In this document: positions 44,452 to 54,824 of the stretch, one piece after another
How positions within the stretch are numbered: position 1 is the stretch's first letter
How the letters are laid out: each line of letters opens with the position of its first letter
IMG/VR virus record: IMGVR_UViG_3300027317_000001
Coordinates: 1,898-65,897 of that record
Length of the DNA: 64,000 nt
Source: a virus
Reading direction: 5' to 3' (one strand)
Program-made: the position numbers and the translations under genes
The notes under the pieces: model-generated
The model's database searches: none
Seen by the model: the letters and a program-made list of their open reading frames with translations, nothing else
What the model was told of the DNA's origin: nothing

Positions 44452-45625
44452 AGGCGCTCAACAGGTGGGTGGGAACCTGGTCCCTCGGCACAATCTTGCG
44501 CACCGTTCCCTTACGCGGCCGACCGCGCCCGGCCAGTGCGACAATGTTGCCTTCCTCATCGCACAGCACCGCCACCTCGTCATTCTTGGGGCGCGGGCTG
44601 CCGATCTGCTGCGCAGATTCCCTAGACGCGGCCTGCGCGGCAGGTTCCGGATCATCCGGCATCTGCGCAATGTAGAGCGCCAATTCCAAGGTGAGAGGGC
44701 AGTAATCCACAAACGATTCCATGAAGAGGGCGGCATTCCGAAGATCGGCGGCTGCAACGATCTCCAGCACAGAGGACAGCACCTTCTTCAAAGGAACCGT
44801 AGGCTTTGTTTCTCCCAGGTTGAGCTTAGCCGCCCAATCCGGGCGCATCTGAGCAAGGTGAGCGCGCACCTCGCTCGTGAGCTCACTCACATCCCACGCT
44901 GCGATGTTCCGGTAGTTCTCCAGGTATTGCAGGGCGAAATACAGAACATGGGAGAGCGGCTCTTCGGGTTCACCTTCAGTAGGAAGACCGCGCATGAAAG
45001 GCTGCTCGTCATCATCCGGCTGCTCTTCCTTCGGCTCGGTCTCCTGCGCTTCGCCGGAGCGCTCGCCCTTCCCAGAAGGAAGATTCTGCTCCAGTTCCTC
45101 TTCCGTAGGAAGAACAAGCTCGTCTAGCCCTTCACTGGCGATTTCCAGGATAGGGAACCCGGCGTCGTACGCGGTGACCAGCAGCTTCTCCGTAAACGGG
45201 TCTGGTGCGTCCTCTTCCGGTCCCCAAGCCAAGATCACGTAAGGGTCGTACCCTTCATCCTTGGCATCGTTCAAGGCGGCCACCAGTGCATGGGGGATCT
45301 CATCCGGCGAGTCCACCGTGTACATGCAAGAGGCAAGCGGGGTGAGAATCTTGTCGATCTTCTCAGGGTCCTCACTGGAAAGGGTGATGATGTTGCAGGT
45401 CAGCCCATAACCAATCACCAGGTCGGCTGCCGCCCTAACCAACTCGTTATAGGTGCCCCCGGTAATCGGCAGGATCATCAGGGGATCAACCGGCTGATTG
45501 CTCTTTATGCGCAGCCAGTCACCCAGCAATGACACAGCGTGGTCGTATGTGATTTCGCCGCTTCCCGCGACGATCGCGGCGATACGTTCACGCGTCTTAG
45601 TCTGATCCGTCTTTGAGGCAACCAT
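44450..45625 (-). CDS. hypothetical protein
   Basis: 391 aa, GGGAG RBS, C-terminal RGRPRKG basic motif. Confidence 0.75.
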   Translation of the reverse strand: MVASKTDQTKTRERIAAIVAGSGEITYDHAVSLLGDWLRIKSNQPVDPLMILPITGGTYNELVRAAADLVIGYGLTCNIITLSSEDPEKIDKILTPLASCMYTVDSPDEIPHALVAALNDAKDEGYDPYVILAWGPEEDAPDPFTEKLLVTAYDAGFPILEIASEGLDELVLPTEEELEQNLPSGKGERSGEAQETEPKEEQPDDDEQPFMRGLPTEGEPEEPLSHVLYFALQYLENYRNIAAWDVSELTSEVRAHLAQMRPDWAAKLNLGETKPTVPLKKVLSSVLEIVAAADLRNAALFMESFVDYCPLTLELALYIAQMPDDPEPAAQAASRESAQQIGSPRPKNDEVAVLCDEEGNIVALAGRGRPRKGTVRKIVPRDQVPTHLLSA

Positions 45626-45679
45626 CGTGCTCCCGAGATTGAACCAGTTGAGGCTATCTTGCCACAGCCGGGAGGGTTA

Positions 45680-45724
45680 ATCCTATCCCTACCCGGAGTG
45701 AAATGCCCCAGGTAGGGATAGGAA
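45680..45724. terminator. hairpin after the tail/lysis operon
   Basis: ATCCTATCCCTACC/GGTAGGGATAGGA. Confidence 0.55.
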
Positions 45725-45949
45725 TCATCGCTTAAGGGAGATCACCGCCGCTCGAAGAATTGCCACGGCAGCGGATGCGGCCAGCCCATCAACGAGTGGC
45801 CAAGGAAGATACAGCAAGCCGACTGATAGCAGGGCTACGGCGATGGTTTGCACCGAATCGTGGAGCTTGTAGGTGAATGGCCGGGAGACGATTTCCCAGG
45901 TGATCCATGCCGCTAGAACGATTTTGAAGAACGTGAAAAGGTCAGTCAC
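45725..45949 (-). CDS. small membrane protein
   Basis: two to three hydrophobic segments, GTGA overlap. Confidence 0.65.
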   Translation of the reverse strand: MTDLFTFFKIVLAAWITWEIVSRPFTYKLHDSVQTIAVALLSVGLLYLPWPLVDGLAASAAVAILRAAVISLKR

Positions 45950-46250
45950 GGATCAGAGTGTCCTTAGCAGCCTCGCTGGCCTTGGTTCCCTTCCAGATGC
46001 CCAGGTACGCGCACACGCCGATGAGGAAGCTCTCAAGGCTGGTGAGAAGCGCCATAACCCAATCAAATGACGCGTTCTCCTGGAGAGCAACCACGTAGTT
46101 ACCGATGAACAGAGAAACTGCCGAGAAGGCGAGGTTCATCACCTTCTTGACACCAGAGGGCCAGCTTCGGCGGCTGAACAGGTCAACGAGGATCGGAATA
46201 ACAAGACCGGTGATGATGGACCAGAACTGGATAGTGTGTGCAGTAGTCAC
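45942..46250 (-). CDS. holin-like membrane protein
   Basis: three hydrophobic segments, charged C-terminus; AGGAGAG RBS. Confidence 0.7.
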   Translation of the reverse strand: MTTAHTIQFWSIITGLVIPILVDLFSRRSWPSGVKKVMNLAFSAVSLFIGNYVVALQENASFDWVMALLTSLESFLIGVCAYLGIWKGTKASEAAKDTLIRD

Positions 46251-46258
46251 GTTCTCTC

Positions 46259-48886
46259 CTAATCCGCATACGGGAGAATTCCGAACTCTGGCTCAGTAAC
46301 CCCGATACCGGTAGGAACGTGGTCTTCCAGAGCTCGCTTCAAAATATAAGTTCTTTTCTCCCGATTCTTGTAGTAGAACAGGCCGTTGTAGGGGTTATTG
46401 GAACCCTTGCGGTAAGTGACGTCCTGGGAACCGTCAGGCCAGAAGTAGGGCAGTACTTCAAGTCCTTCTTCGACCAGGATCCCGGCTACCTCGAATTCCT
46501 CGTCTTCCTCCTGAGCCCAGAAGCGCGGATCCCAGATGAGGACAGCCTTACCGTCGCCGGGTGCGACGAATGTGATGTGCAGGCGACGCCACCCGTCCAG
46601 TTCCCGATCATCCGGCACCTGGGACCAGTAGCAAGTCTTAGAAATAGGCTCGAGGACACCCTCTCGGGAAGCAAAGATCCCGAGATCGATCATGCGGCCG
46701 CCGCTGATTTTCACATACGCGGACGCGGTGTACGTTGCCCCAGGTCGAAGCGGGTTCAGCGGTGTCACAATAAGAAGCTGCTGGCCAACCTTCACCGGAA
46801 CCAGGAGACCTGGCGTGGTATCGCCGGGAATAGGAGATGGGATGTTCTGGGCGATGTAGTTAGGCCCGGGTTCCGCAAGAACGGCAATAGTTCCGGTCGA
46901 AACGTTGATACGGTCAGCGTAGACGATCGGGCGAAGACTGGCACCAGGTTCGAAAGTGCTAGACGGGTTGATATTCACTTGAACGTATGTGAATTCCTGG
47001 TAGGTTTCCGGCGGCATGTTGGAGAACTTGATTCCCGGTACCACGTATGCGGCGCGCTTCCACAGCACACCATCGGAGGATTCCTGGGTGTTTGGTACGA
47101 GAAAGCTGCCCTGAACGTAAACCCAGTCTTGCCCAGAAGCGCCAGTGAGGATGCCACCATTCCCGCTTACGGTTGCGCTCTTAAGCGGGTCATTCTCTCC
47201 GATACCAAAAATGGCGAAATTGTCGAACGCCCCAGCGGGAATTCTCGATCCGGCATCCAATGAACCGGTTGCCGTGGCCTCACCACTGGCTGAGGTCACG
47301 CCAGCAATGACCATCTCCACGCTACCGGTGGCGGTCGCGGTGCCCACGATGGGGGTATCCTGGAGTTCCGGCGGAACGGAGAACTCAATAGAACCGTTAG
47401 CGCTCGCCAAACCGGTGGAGAAGGTGAGCACAGCGATGTCGGCACGCGCACTACCGGAGGCGGTAACCGATCCTGTGAGTTCACCGAGATCGATCAAGAT
47501 ATACGCTTCAAGGCCGCCTGTAGCTTGCGCGATACCACTGGTAGATGCGGGACCATACGGCCACAGCTGCAGCTCACCGGTTGCTACCGCTTCGCCGTGG
47601 GCTTCAACCCCGGTAAGCCAGATTTCCAAGTAACCGGTAGCCGTGGCGGTACCAGAAAGCTCAACCACGGAATAGGTGCGCGGCTCGATGCTACCGGTAG
47701 CGGTAGCGTTACCGGTCGCCGTGGTCTTGACGGCCGCGATCGTCGCGGAGTTGTTTGGCTGTCCCTTCCACCCGTAACCGGGGGTGTCACCATCGATGTA
47801 GTTCGTTTCGTTTTGTGTCGCAAGCCGGATGTGGTTGAACGTCGCGGTTACGGTGTGGGAAGAGCTGCTATAGCCGCTGGGTGTGAGGATGTGGAACGCG
47901 ATTGAAGCGTATACCGCACCGGAAGGGACTGTGACCGGACCACCGCCACGGCCACCGCTTCGCGGCAGAATACCTGTAGAGGACGACAGGAGGGTTTGGC
48001 TAGAGTTGTAGAACCGGATTATGGCCCGGATGTCATCGTTTTGTCCCAAACCGTTCAGGTTGGAGACGGTCACGGACAGGTACGCGGTCCCGGCGGGCAG
48101 GTTATCAAGAGGTAGGATCGGGGACTGTGCGCCGATATCTCTGTAGGTGCTACCGGAACGGCTGACAGCACCGCTGACCGTTACACCATTGGCCCCATTG
48201 GTGACGGTCATCCCGCTGGCGTTTTGCCCGGATGCCTCCCAGTATGGAGACCAGGTGTGGTCATGCAGTTGCGGGCGCGGCCAGTAGTTCCAGACACCGT
48301 TGTAGGTCACGCTGGGGGCAGAAAGCGTCCTGGAAAGGTGCGGAGTTCCCTCCCAGATGAAACCGGCGGTGCTGCCGTCCACATAGTCGGTCTCGGTTCC
48401 CTCACACAACCGGAGGGAGTCGATAACCATTTCACACTTGTCACCAACATCCAGTAGCGTTGTGTAGAATTCGAATAGGATGTAGGTGACACCCGGCCGC
48501 TGGGTGAATCGAACGTAGTTGCGGCCGGAGCCGATGGTGATGGTGGCCAGGATTGAACTGTCATCGTATACCTTGCACCGCCATGGTTGGCCATCGGTGG
48601 AAGAGCGCAGGCGGTCAAATGAGAATGTCCACGTCTTTGAAGTGGACGTTGACGGCAGCGAAAGCTGCAGATCGAAATACGAATAAATCTGGAACGGGGT
48701 CTGGTTCTGCTCAATGAACTGGAGAGCGTACGTTCCCCTCGTCCCAGAAATGCCGCTCTGACGGCGGAATGTGATAGAAACAAACGGGTCATCCGGGTCC
48801 TTGTAAGTCAACCACGTTTGACCTCCAGCATTTTTCCAGCTGGAATGCTCAAAGCTCGGGCAGACGATATAGTTTGCGACAGTCAT
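46259..48886 (-). CDS. minor tail/receptor-binding protein with CBM-like domains and G-x-A-T-A-T-G repeats
   Basis: two related YVDG..GFIW.G modules; central Ala/Thr/Gly repeat. Confidence 0.7.
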   Translation of the reverse strand: MTVANYIVCPSFEHSSWKNAGGQTWLTYKDPDDPFVSITFRRQSGISGTRGTYALQFIEQNQTPFQIYSYFDLQLSLPSTSTSKTWTFSFDRLRSSTDGQPWRCKVYDDSSILATITIGSGRNYVRFTQRPGVTYILFEFYTTLLDVGDKCEMVIDSLRLCEGTETDYVDGSTAGFIWEGTPHLSRTLSAPSVTYNGVWNYWPRPQLHDHTWSPYWEASGQNASGMTVTNGANGVTVSGAVSRSGSTYRDIGAQSPILPLDNLPAGTAYLSVTVSNLNGLGQNDDIRAIIRFYNSSQTLLSSSTGILPRSGGRGGGPVTVPSGAVYASIAFHILTPSGYSSSSHTVTATFNHIRLATQNETNYIDGDTPGYGWKGQPNNSATIAAVKTTATGNATATGSIEPRTYSVVELSGTATATGYLEIWLTGVEAHGEAVATGELQLWPYGPASTSGIAQATGGLEAYILIDLGELTGSVTASGSARADIAVLTFSTGLASANGSIEFSVPPELQDTPIVGTATATGSVEMVIAGVTSASGEATATGSLDAGSRIPAGAFDNFAIFGIGENDPLKSATVSGNGGILTGASGQDWVYVQGSFLVPNTQESSDGVLWKRAAYVVPGIKFSNMPPETYQEFTYVQVNINPSSTFEPGASLRPIVYADRINVSTGTIAVLAEPGPNYIAQNIPSPIPGDTTPGLLVPVKVGQQLLIVTPLNPLRPGATYTASAYVKISGGRMIDLGIFASREGVLEPISKTCYWSQVPDDRELDGWRRLHITFVAPGDGKAVLIWDPRFWAQEEDEEFEVAGILVEEGLEVLPYFWPDGSQDVTYRKGSNNPYNGLFYYKNREKRTYILKRALEDHVPTGIGVTEPEFGILPYAD

Positions 48887-48889
48887 CCA

Positions 48890-50878
48890 TTACTCCACGG
48901 CAAGTCCGAATATTGTCGAACTTGAATTGAGCGTTGAAGACGCGGTTGCTACAACCGTATTGTTGCGCATCACCGTGTAATTGCTGCCATTTACGGTCAC
49001 CGTCAACCGGTCCCCATCCTGAATAGGGGTGGAGTAGGTGACCAGGGTTGTGACCGTGCTGCCGTTGACAGTTTGAAGCTGGGTCCGGGTAGCGCGCACA
49101 TAGGATGTTGGCGAGGCGTAACGCAGAACGATAGCCTGTACCTGTCCCTGTGGTGCGTCGCTCACGAAGGTTACAGCTACCTGCGCGTTCGGGCTGCCGT
49201 AGTTGATCGTGGCAATAGCACGCTGTCCCTCAACAGCCGGGTGAGCGACACCATAGGCGTACCCGTCACGCACAAACTGCCCAACCTGATTCGTCCACTG
49301 CTTACCACCAAGATCAGTGAGCAATGCGTCAATGCTCTGATTCGGATTGTCCTGCAGGTAACGGGTAAACGTATCAAGCACCCGGTTATCGGTTACGCCG
49401 AACTCACGTCCAAGGTAGTTTCCGAATTCGTCATAGAATTCCAGGAACACTGAGGCTGGAACTGGTGAGACGCCCGGGTTCAGGTGCGGCTGGTGGGTGT
49501 ACGCGCTAACGTTGATGACGTACCTAGTGTCCTTGCCGACTGCAAACCAGGGGCTTTCACTGGTTGCCGGGAATATTCCTGCGGGGATCGGCTTGGTGGC
49601 GTAGTAGAGCCTTCCGTTGTAGAGCACCACGGAACCGGCCGGGTAGGCGCGTTCAGGATCCCACTGCTGGGGTTCCTCAAGCGGGATCCCATGCAAGATC
49701 GGGATCATCGGATCATTTTCACGCCCGATAGGAATGGGAAGACACCGCGCCCCAATGTCTGCGGTAGTCGAGGACGTGTTGCGAACACCTATCGCGTTGC
49801 AGTCGAAACGGGTGTCCCCCGGGCGTGGCGGACCCTGAATCAGAGTGGTCCTAACCTGGTTGTTCGACACGCCGGAGGTGAACGAGATCCCCTGCCAACC
49901 GTGCTGGGAGCGGGAATCCGGGTCATAAGCTGCCGTATTGCCATCCTCAACCAGTAGCGGCTCCCACCACTGGTTGGCGCGGCGCTCACCATCCGGGCAC
50001 TGCTCCCACCCGTACGCGGGCGCGATGCACTTGTAGCTCACGTCATAGAAGCGCACCACGTCACCCGGTTGGTACCGCTTAGAAGGCTCCCAGTTGAACG
50101 GGAGTGGATGCAGTATCTGGGAGCGGTCCACGGTGAGCATCAGGTTGTTGGTGCGCCTGAGCTCAATCTCCCACCCGGAGATGATCTTTCCAGCAGCCTC
50201 AATCGTGGCCTGGGTGCCACGGGTGGCCGCGATGGCCGCGCCCTCCTTGGCCAGGGAGCGTTTACGCAGTGCCTGAATCCCCGGATACTCAGGGAAGCCA
50301 AGCTGGGCGATGATGTTGTCAACCAGGTCAATGTGGGTGACGTGGGGGTCTGCTGCGAATCTGGCCGCCTGAATGGAGGTGCGAACCCGGTCAAGCCCCC
50401 AGCCGATCACCGCCATGAATTTGGCAAGCTCAACGTTATCCGGGGCCTCTAGGGTGAGCTGGCTGCCACGGAGCATCCGGTAGTGGATGGGCAGACGGGA
50501 CCACAACCAGGCACCCGAGTTGTGGTCCACGATGTGCAGGCAGCTTGTGTAAGCGGCCGGAACCCACACGCCGGAAATTTTGATGTAGATCGCGTAGTAG
50601 TAGATCTCACCCGGCCGTACACCACTGTCCTGGAAGCTGCTTTCCGGGGTAACGGAATCGATCAAGATCAGGCCATCGGTTTCCGAAGACGGGTACCCGT
50701 AGGGTGATTTGAGCAAACGAAAGCCCTCAATCTCACCAGTGGGCTGGTTCCAGGTGAGCTCAATCGTACGGTAGTTGATGCTCCGGGCTGAGAAGCTATC
50801 AACATCGAAACCCGGGTTGAATTCCGGGTCAGGACCATAGAATCGGGTACCGTACAGGCTAGAAAGGTAGATGGCCAT
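48890..50878 (-). CDS. baseplate wedge/tail protein (FN3, gpI-like and CBM5/12-like domains)
   Basis: IELTW.QP..YY.IY FN3 pattern; WEPSKRYQPGDVV and WDPERAYPAGSVV chitin-binding-type motifs. Confidence 0.75.
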   Translation of the reverse strand: MAIYLSSLYGTRFYGPDPEFNPGFDVDSFSARSINYRTIELTWNQPTGEIEGFRLLKSPYGYPSSETDGLILIDSVTPESSFQDSGVRPGEIYYYAIYIKISGVWVPAAYTSCLHIVDHNSGAWLWSRLPIHYRMLRGSQLTLEAPDNVELAKFMAVIGWGLDRVRTSIQAARFAADPHVTHIDLVDNIIAQLGFPEYPGIQALRKRSLAKEGAAIAATRGTQATIEAAGKIISGWEIELRRTNNLMLTVDRSQILHPLPFNWEPSKRYQPGDVVRFYDVSYKCIAPAYGWEQCPDGERRANQWWEPLLVEDGNTAAYDPDSRSQHGWQGISFTSGVSNNQVRTTLIQGPPRPGDTRFDCNAIGVRNTSSTTADIGARCLPIPIGRENDPMIPILHGIPLEEPQQWDPERAYPAGSVVLYNGRLYYATKPIPAGIFPATSESPWFAVGKDTRYVINVSAYTHQPHLNPGVSPVPASVFLEFYDEFGNYLGREFGVTDNRVLDTFTRYLQDNPNQSIDALLTDLGGKQWTNQVGQFVRDGYAYGVAHPAVEGQRAIATINYGSPNAQVAVTFVSDAPQGQVQAIVLRYASPTSYVRATRTQLQTVNGSTVTTLVTYSTPIQDGDRLTVTVNGSNYTVMRNNTVVATASSTLNSSSTIFGLAVE

Positions 50879-50881
50879 AGA

Positions 50882-51862
50882 TCACCGTGCCCCAAAACCG
50901 AAATCGCGCTCCCAGTCAGTCGAATACCGGTACCTGTCTCTGGCTACCTCGTCCACCCACCGAACCCCATCCTCGTGAGTCCGGAATGTTGGCGCATTCC
51001 TGTTCGACGGGTAGTACCACCTTGGGTCATCAGGTTGGATGTGGATGAAATCAATGATCCGCCAACCATTCCGTTCATGCCCGCCATAAATGGGGAGGAC
51101 CATGCAATCGTCGAAGTTTCGCCGATCCGGGATATTGGTAGGCTGATCGATTGGACGGGTGCCCGACGGTCTGTCGGGCGGTGACTCAAAAGGGATGCTC
51201 GTCCCCTCCCCGTTGTACGCATCCTGGCATCGCACCAGGTGGGCACGCAGGTACACGTGGGCGAGCAGAATGTGATCCGGTGCCTGAACCTCGGTTCGAA
51301 TGCCCAGGCTGATCGTGGTCCCAGCCTGGAAGGTGTCCTCCCAGGTCAGATTGTTGTGCAGCGCGTAGGAGTTCGTGTCATCTTCCCGGATCACGTCCCG
51401 GACACCCACGTCGTTTCCGTTGACCTGAAGCCTGAGCAGCCGGGCCGCGTTCTGCTGGCGTGTGTACGTGGTGGACGCCCAGTCGCACTTCGCGGTGATC
51501 ATCCAAAGACCGGTCTCATTGATCCGGAAACCGGTACCCGTGGACATGCCGAACGGGTCATCGTCCGCGCGCAGCTGGGGCGTGTGCCACTGGTTAGGGC
51601 TGGCCCGGAAATTATGGTGTGAGCCCCGGAAGTAGGGGATGTGCTCACCGCGTGCCACGGACTGAATCCGGGCAGCAACAGTCCCATGATCCGGGGTGAG
51701 ACCACCCGGGTTATTAGTTGCCCGCTGCGGAATGACACCAAGGGTTTCCTGGATTGCCTTGGTCTCTTCCTGCATGCGGTTCATGTGGTCTGCCCAAACG
51801 ATGTCAATGTAGTTTCGCTTGGTCGTCCACTCGGGAATTTCGTAAGGATACGAGGCTGCCAA
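50882..51862 (-). CDS. minor tail protein (paralog of 51877-52827)
   Basis: shared N-terminal YP..KR..ID..WA.H.N..Q.E..A.Q.TLGV.PQ. Confidence 0.7.
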   Translation of the reverse strand: MAASYPYEIPEWTTKRNYIDIVWADHMNRMQEETKAIQETLGVIPQRATNNPGGLTPDHGTVAARIQSVARGEHIPYFRGSHHNFRASPNQWHTPQLRADDDPFGMSTGTGFRINETGLWMITAKCDWASTTYTRQQNAARLLRLQVNGNDVGVRDVIREDDTNSYALHNNLTWEDTFQAGTTISLGIRTEVQAPDHILLAHVYLRAHLVRCQDAYNGEGTSIPFESPPDRPSGTRPIDQPTNIPDRRNFDDCMVLPIYGGHERNGWRIIDFIHIQPDDPRWYYPSNRNAPTFRTHEDGVRWVDEVARDRYRYSTDWERDFGFGAR

Positions 51863-51876
51863 TCAAAGTCTCCTTC

Positions 51877-52827
51877 CTACCGGAGCGGGTACATGCCACC
51901 GGAGGATTCCCAGCGCGAGAAGTACTTGTCCAACGCGGGTTGCGAGTAGTAGCCGCCTTGAAGATCCGGGTAGTAGATCGTGTGATCCGGGTTGACCAGA
52001 ATGATGTTGATACCAGGGTCATAGGGGGTGTAGCTTGGTGCGGGTCGTGGTTCAATTCGTGGTTTCGGGATTTCCGGTTTGGGACCGGGTTCCGGTTTAG
52101 GCTCTGGTTCGGGTTCGGGAAGCCGCTCAAACGCGGTAGTCAAATTGAGTTCAGCCCGGCCTAGGCAGCGTACCAGGTGAGCGCGCAAATAAACGTTGAC
52201 CTCGCACTCGTAGTTGCTTGGCGGCTGCTGAATGTCGGCGCGAACCGCGACACTGATATTCGTGCCCTTGGCCAGCGCTTCTTGCCAAACCACGCGCGTC
52301 GTTGGAGTGGAGGACGTGTACTCGTCCTCAATCAAGCTTCTCCGCAGGCCAACATCCTCACCGTTGATCTCGATACAGACAAGCCGCACTGCGTTCTTCT
52401 GTTTGGAGACACTGTCAGACTTCCAGTCAGCCTTGGCGGTGAGCACCCAGTACCCGGTTTCCGGGATGGTCAACCCGGCGGGGTATGCCGCACTATGCGA
52501 GTCCGCGATCGGGGTCTCAAAGGACACCCGGTACCACCGGTTAGCCGGGATAGTGACCGCAGTGTTCGCGGCCACATAGGAGATCATCTGCTCGGCACGT
52601 GCGACCTTGGTGATCCGGTTCGCGACCGTGCCGTAATCGTTCACCCGGTCGGCGGGATCCCTGGTTGCCACCTGCGGGAGAACGCCAAGCGTCTTTTGAG
52701 TAGCCTGAATTTCGTTTTGCTGAATGTTGAAATGAGCCGCCCAAATCGGGTCAATGAAGTCCCGCTTTTCAAGCTCGTGCCGAATTCGTGCGGGATAGGT
52801 TGCGTCTGCGGTGGGGAAGTCCGTCAC
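51877..52827 (-). CDS. minor tail protein (paralog of 50882-51862)
   Basis: same architecture, PE/PK-rich linker. Confidence 0.7.
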   Translation of the reverse strand: MTDFPTADATYPARIRHELEKRDFIDPIWAAHFNIQQNEIQATQKTLGVLPQVATRDPADRVNDYGTVANRITKVARAEQMISYVAANTAVTIPANRWYRVSFETPIADSHSAAYPAGLTIPETGYWVLTAKADWKSDSVSKQKNAVRLVCIEINGEDVGLRRSLIEDEYTSSTPTTRVVWQEALAKGTNISVAVRADIQQPPSNYECEVNVYLRAHLVRCLGRAELNLTTAFERLPEPEPEPKPEPGPKPEIPKPRIEPRPAPSYTPYDPGINIILVNPDHTIYYPDLQGGYYSQPALDKYFSRWESSGGMYPLR

Positions 52828-54299
52828 GTGGTGATACCCCCCATGGTTTGGATGAAAATGTTGCCGACGTCCGGCAGCTCGTAAGGGGAGAAGGTGATGT
52901 CATCAACCCCGATTTGTGGAGCGTCTGCCCTGGCCATGAGGGGAATCGTGATATTGACAACACCCGGGACAGCGGTAAGCGCGCTGTAGACGGCACCAAC
53001 GGTGAGCCGGGAACCAAAACCAAGCTCAGGGCTGCGAATCAGATTCGTAAGGGTGGTGCGTACCTGGTTTTCGACGACAATGTTTCGCTGGTTGGGGCCG
53101 ACCGTGAGCCGCATCGGCGTGGTCTCGGTACCGAAATTCACTGGGACCTTGGCGTGACCCTGCACGGTCACAGTCACCCCACCCATGGCGGCAGCCTGCA
53201 GCTCATCCTTAACGGCCGCGATGAGATCCGGTGTCGGCTGGCTGCGGTTTGGCCCGGCGATGAAAACGGTGACGCTGGTGCTGACAGCCGACACCGCGTA
53301 GGCGTGGGTGACACCGGGTACGGTGAGCGCGATACGCGCGTAGTCCTGGGTGGTCACCGCGCGACCGTAGCTGCCGAACGCAATGGCCGCGTTACGCCGG
53401 ATGGTGTCCAGATCCTCAGGATCAGAGCCACCAGTTGTTGCGGAGGACAGCGGAACCCCGGCACCATCCGTGGCCACGGTTACCCCGGTGAGCTCACCGG
53501 ATGGGTCCGAAATATACGCAATCTTTCCAGCGACTATGTTCCCCGCTGCACCAACCCCGTGCCGGTATGTTGCAAAAATGCGCGCACCCATCGGGGGAAC
53601 GGCACCAGAAGTACCATCCCCGAAAACGATCATCGTCGTATTGTCTGCCGTGGGGCGTAGCGTGAATACCATGTCATACGGGCGGGCGAACAGCAGCCGG
53701 GGAACCGGGGTCCACTCAGTAATCCCGTCCGTGGTCTCCACGTACACCCGGACACTGTCATCAATCACACCCGTTTGGGGGATAGCAAACCGCTGATTTG
53801 CCATCCCGGTGCTGACGCCGATTTCCACCATGCGCCGGGTACGCCCCTCGGCTACCGCCACCGTTGCGGTGCCGCCATCACCGGGGACGACAACATCCTC
53901 AACGGTTTCGAAAATGAGCGGCGAATCAATCGCCTCAATATAATCCGTTGTAAGCTGCGTACCAGCGGGCACGGTAACCGACGGGCCACCAGGGCTGGTG
54001 GTAAGAGTCACCGTTCCGGTAGCGGCAATAGTTCCGTGCGGGACGTAGCCGAGCATTTCCGCAAGCAGCAGAACACTGGCCCTGGTAAGCGCGGTTGGCA
54101 GAAACGCCTCGCGCAAAAGGCGGTCAATCGCGTAATTATTCAGGTCCGCTGCGTGCGCGAACAGCTCGGTCAGAACAACACCGAAGTCCGCCTCCGACCG
54201 GGAGGTCCACTCAGGCATGATCGCCTCAGCGCGCCTGAGAATGTCCTCCTTGATGGCGTAGAAATCGGCTGCGGTGTAATCAATAGGCGGATCAGCCAC
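52824..54299 (-). CDS. baseplate J-like protein
   Basis: DYTA.DF..I, EAFLPTA, TGGSDPE.LD.IRR.A, RAVT..DY...A. Confidence 0.9.
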   Translation of the reverse strand: MADPPIDYTAADFYAIKEDILRRAEAIMPEWTSRSEADFGVVLTELFAHAADLNNYAIDRLLREAFLPTALTRASVLLLAEMLGYVPHGTIAATGTVTLTTSPGGPSVTVPAGTQLTTDYIEAIDSPLIFETVEDVVVPGDGGTATVAVAEGRTRRMVEIGVSTGMANQRFAIPQTGVIDDSVRVYVETTDGITEWTPVPRLLFARPYDMVFTLRPTADNTTMIVFGDGTSGAVPPMGARIFATYRHGVGAAGNIVAGKIAYISDPSGELTGVTVATDGAGVPLSSATTGGSDPEDLDTIRRNAAIAFGSYGRAVTTQDYARIALTVPGVTHAYAVSAVSTSVTVFIAGPNRSQPTPDLIAAVKDELQAAAMGGVTVTVQGHAKVPVNFGTETTPMRLTVGPNQRNIVVENQVRTTLTNLIRSPELGFGSRLTVGAVYSALTAVPGVVNITIPLMARADAPQIGVDDITFSPYELPDVGNIFIQTMGGITT

Positions 54300-54717
54300 G
54301 CAGCACCTCCCTCACGCCGGAAGAATTCACAGTGGCGGTGTGCACGTGGCGTGCCCTAAGCGAATCGCTATCCTCCGTGTCCGTGCGCTGGTAGAAAACG
54401 TCGATTCGGGACACATTCCCGTCATCCTCGTGCACGGGAATCACGGTTTCCACATTTAGACCGGGCTCCCACATGTCCGCCTGCTGGGCGACCAGGCGGG
54501 AAAGCTCCTGCTCGACGTAGAGAGGGTCTGGGTGGAACAGGTAGTCGGCAACCGGCACCCCGAATTCGGGCAGCATGACACGCTCACCCGGAATAGTGCC
54601 GATAATTGAAATCAAGCGCTGCCGGACCTGCCTGTCCACGTCACGGGTGGTCTGAACCGCACCATCCGGCCCAATGCGGAAAGGCAGGTCTATAGCAACA
54701 GGCTGGGGAGTGGGCAT
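54292..54717 (-). CDS. gp25/GPW-like baseplate wedge protein
   Basis: LPFRI..DG, IIGT.PGERVM.PEFG, WEP; start at 54717 preferred. Confidence 0.9.
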   Translation of the reverse strand: MPTPQPVAIDLPFRIGPDGAVQTTRDVDRQVRQRLISIIGTIPGERVMLPEFGVPVADYLFHPDPLYVEQELSRLVAQQADMWEPGLNVETVIPVHEDDGNVSRIDVFYQRTDTEDSDSLRARHVHTATVNSSGVREVLRG

Positions 54718-54824
54718 CAGCTCCCACCCCCAGTCACATGGTGTACTGTAAGGAAAATTAGCGCCTTCATCATCATCACTGGAGAACTGCAATATAAACT
54801 TCATTCTCCAGTGTATTTGGGGCG

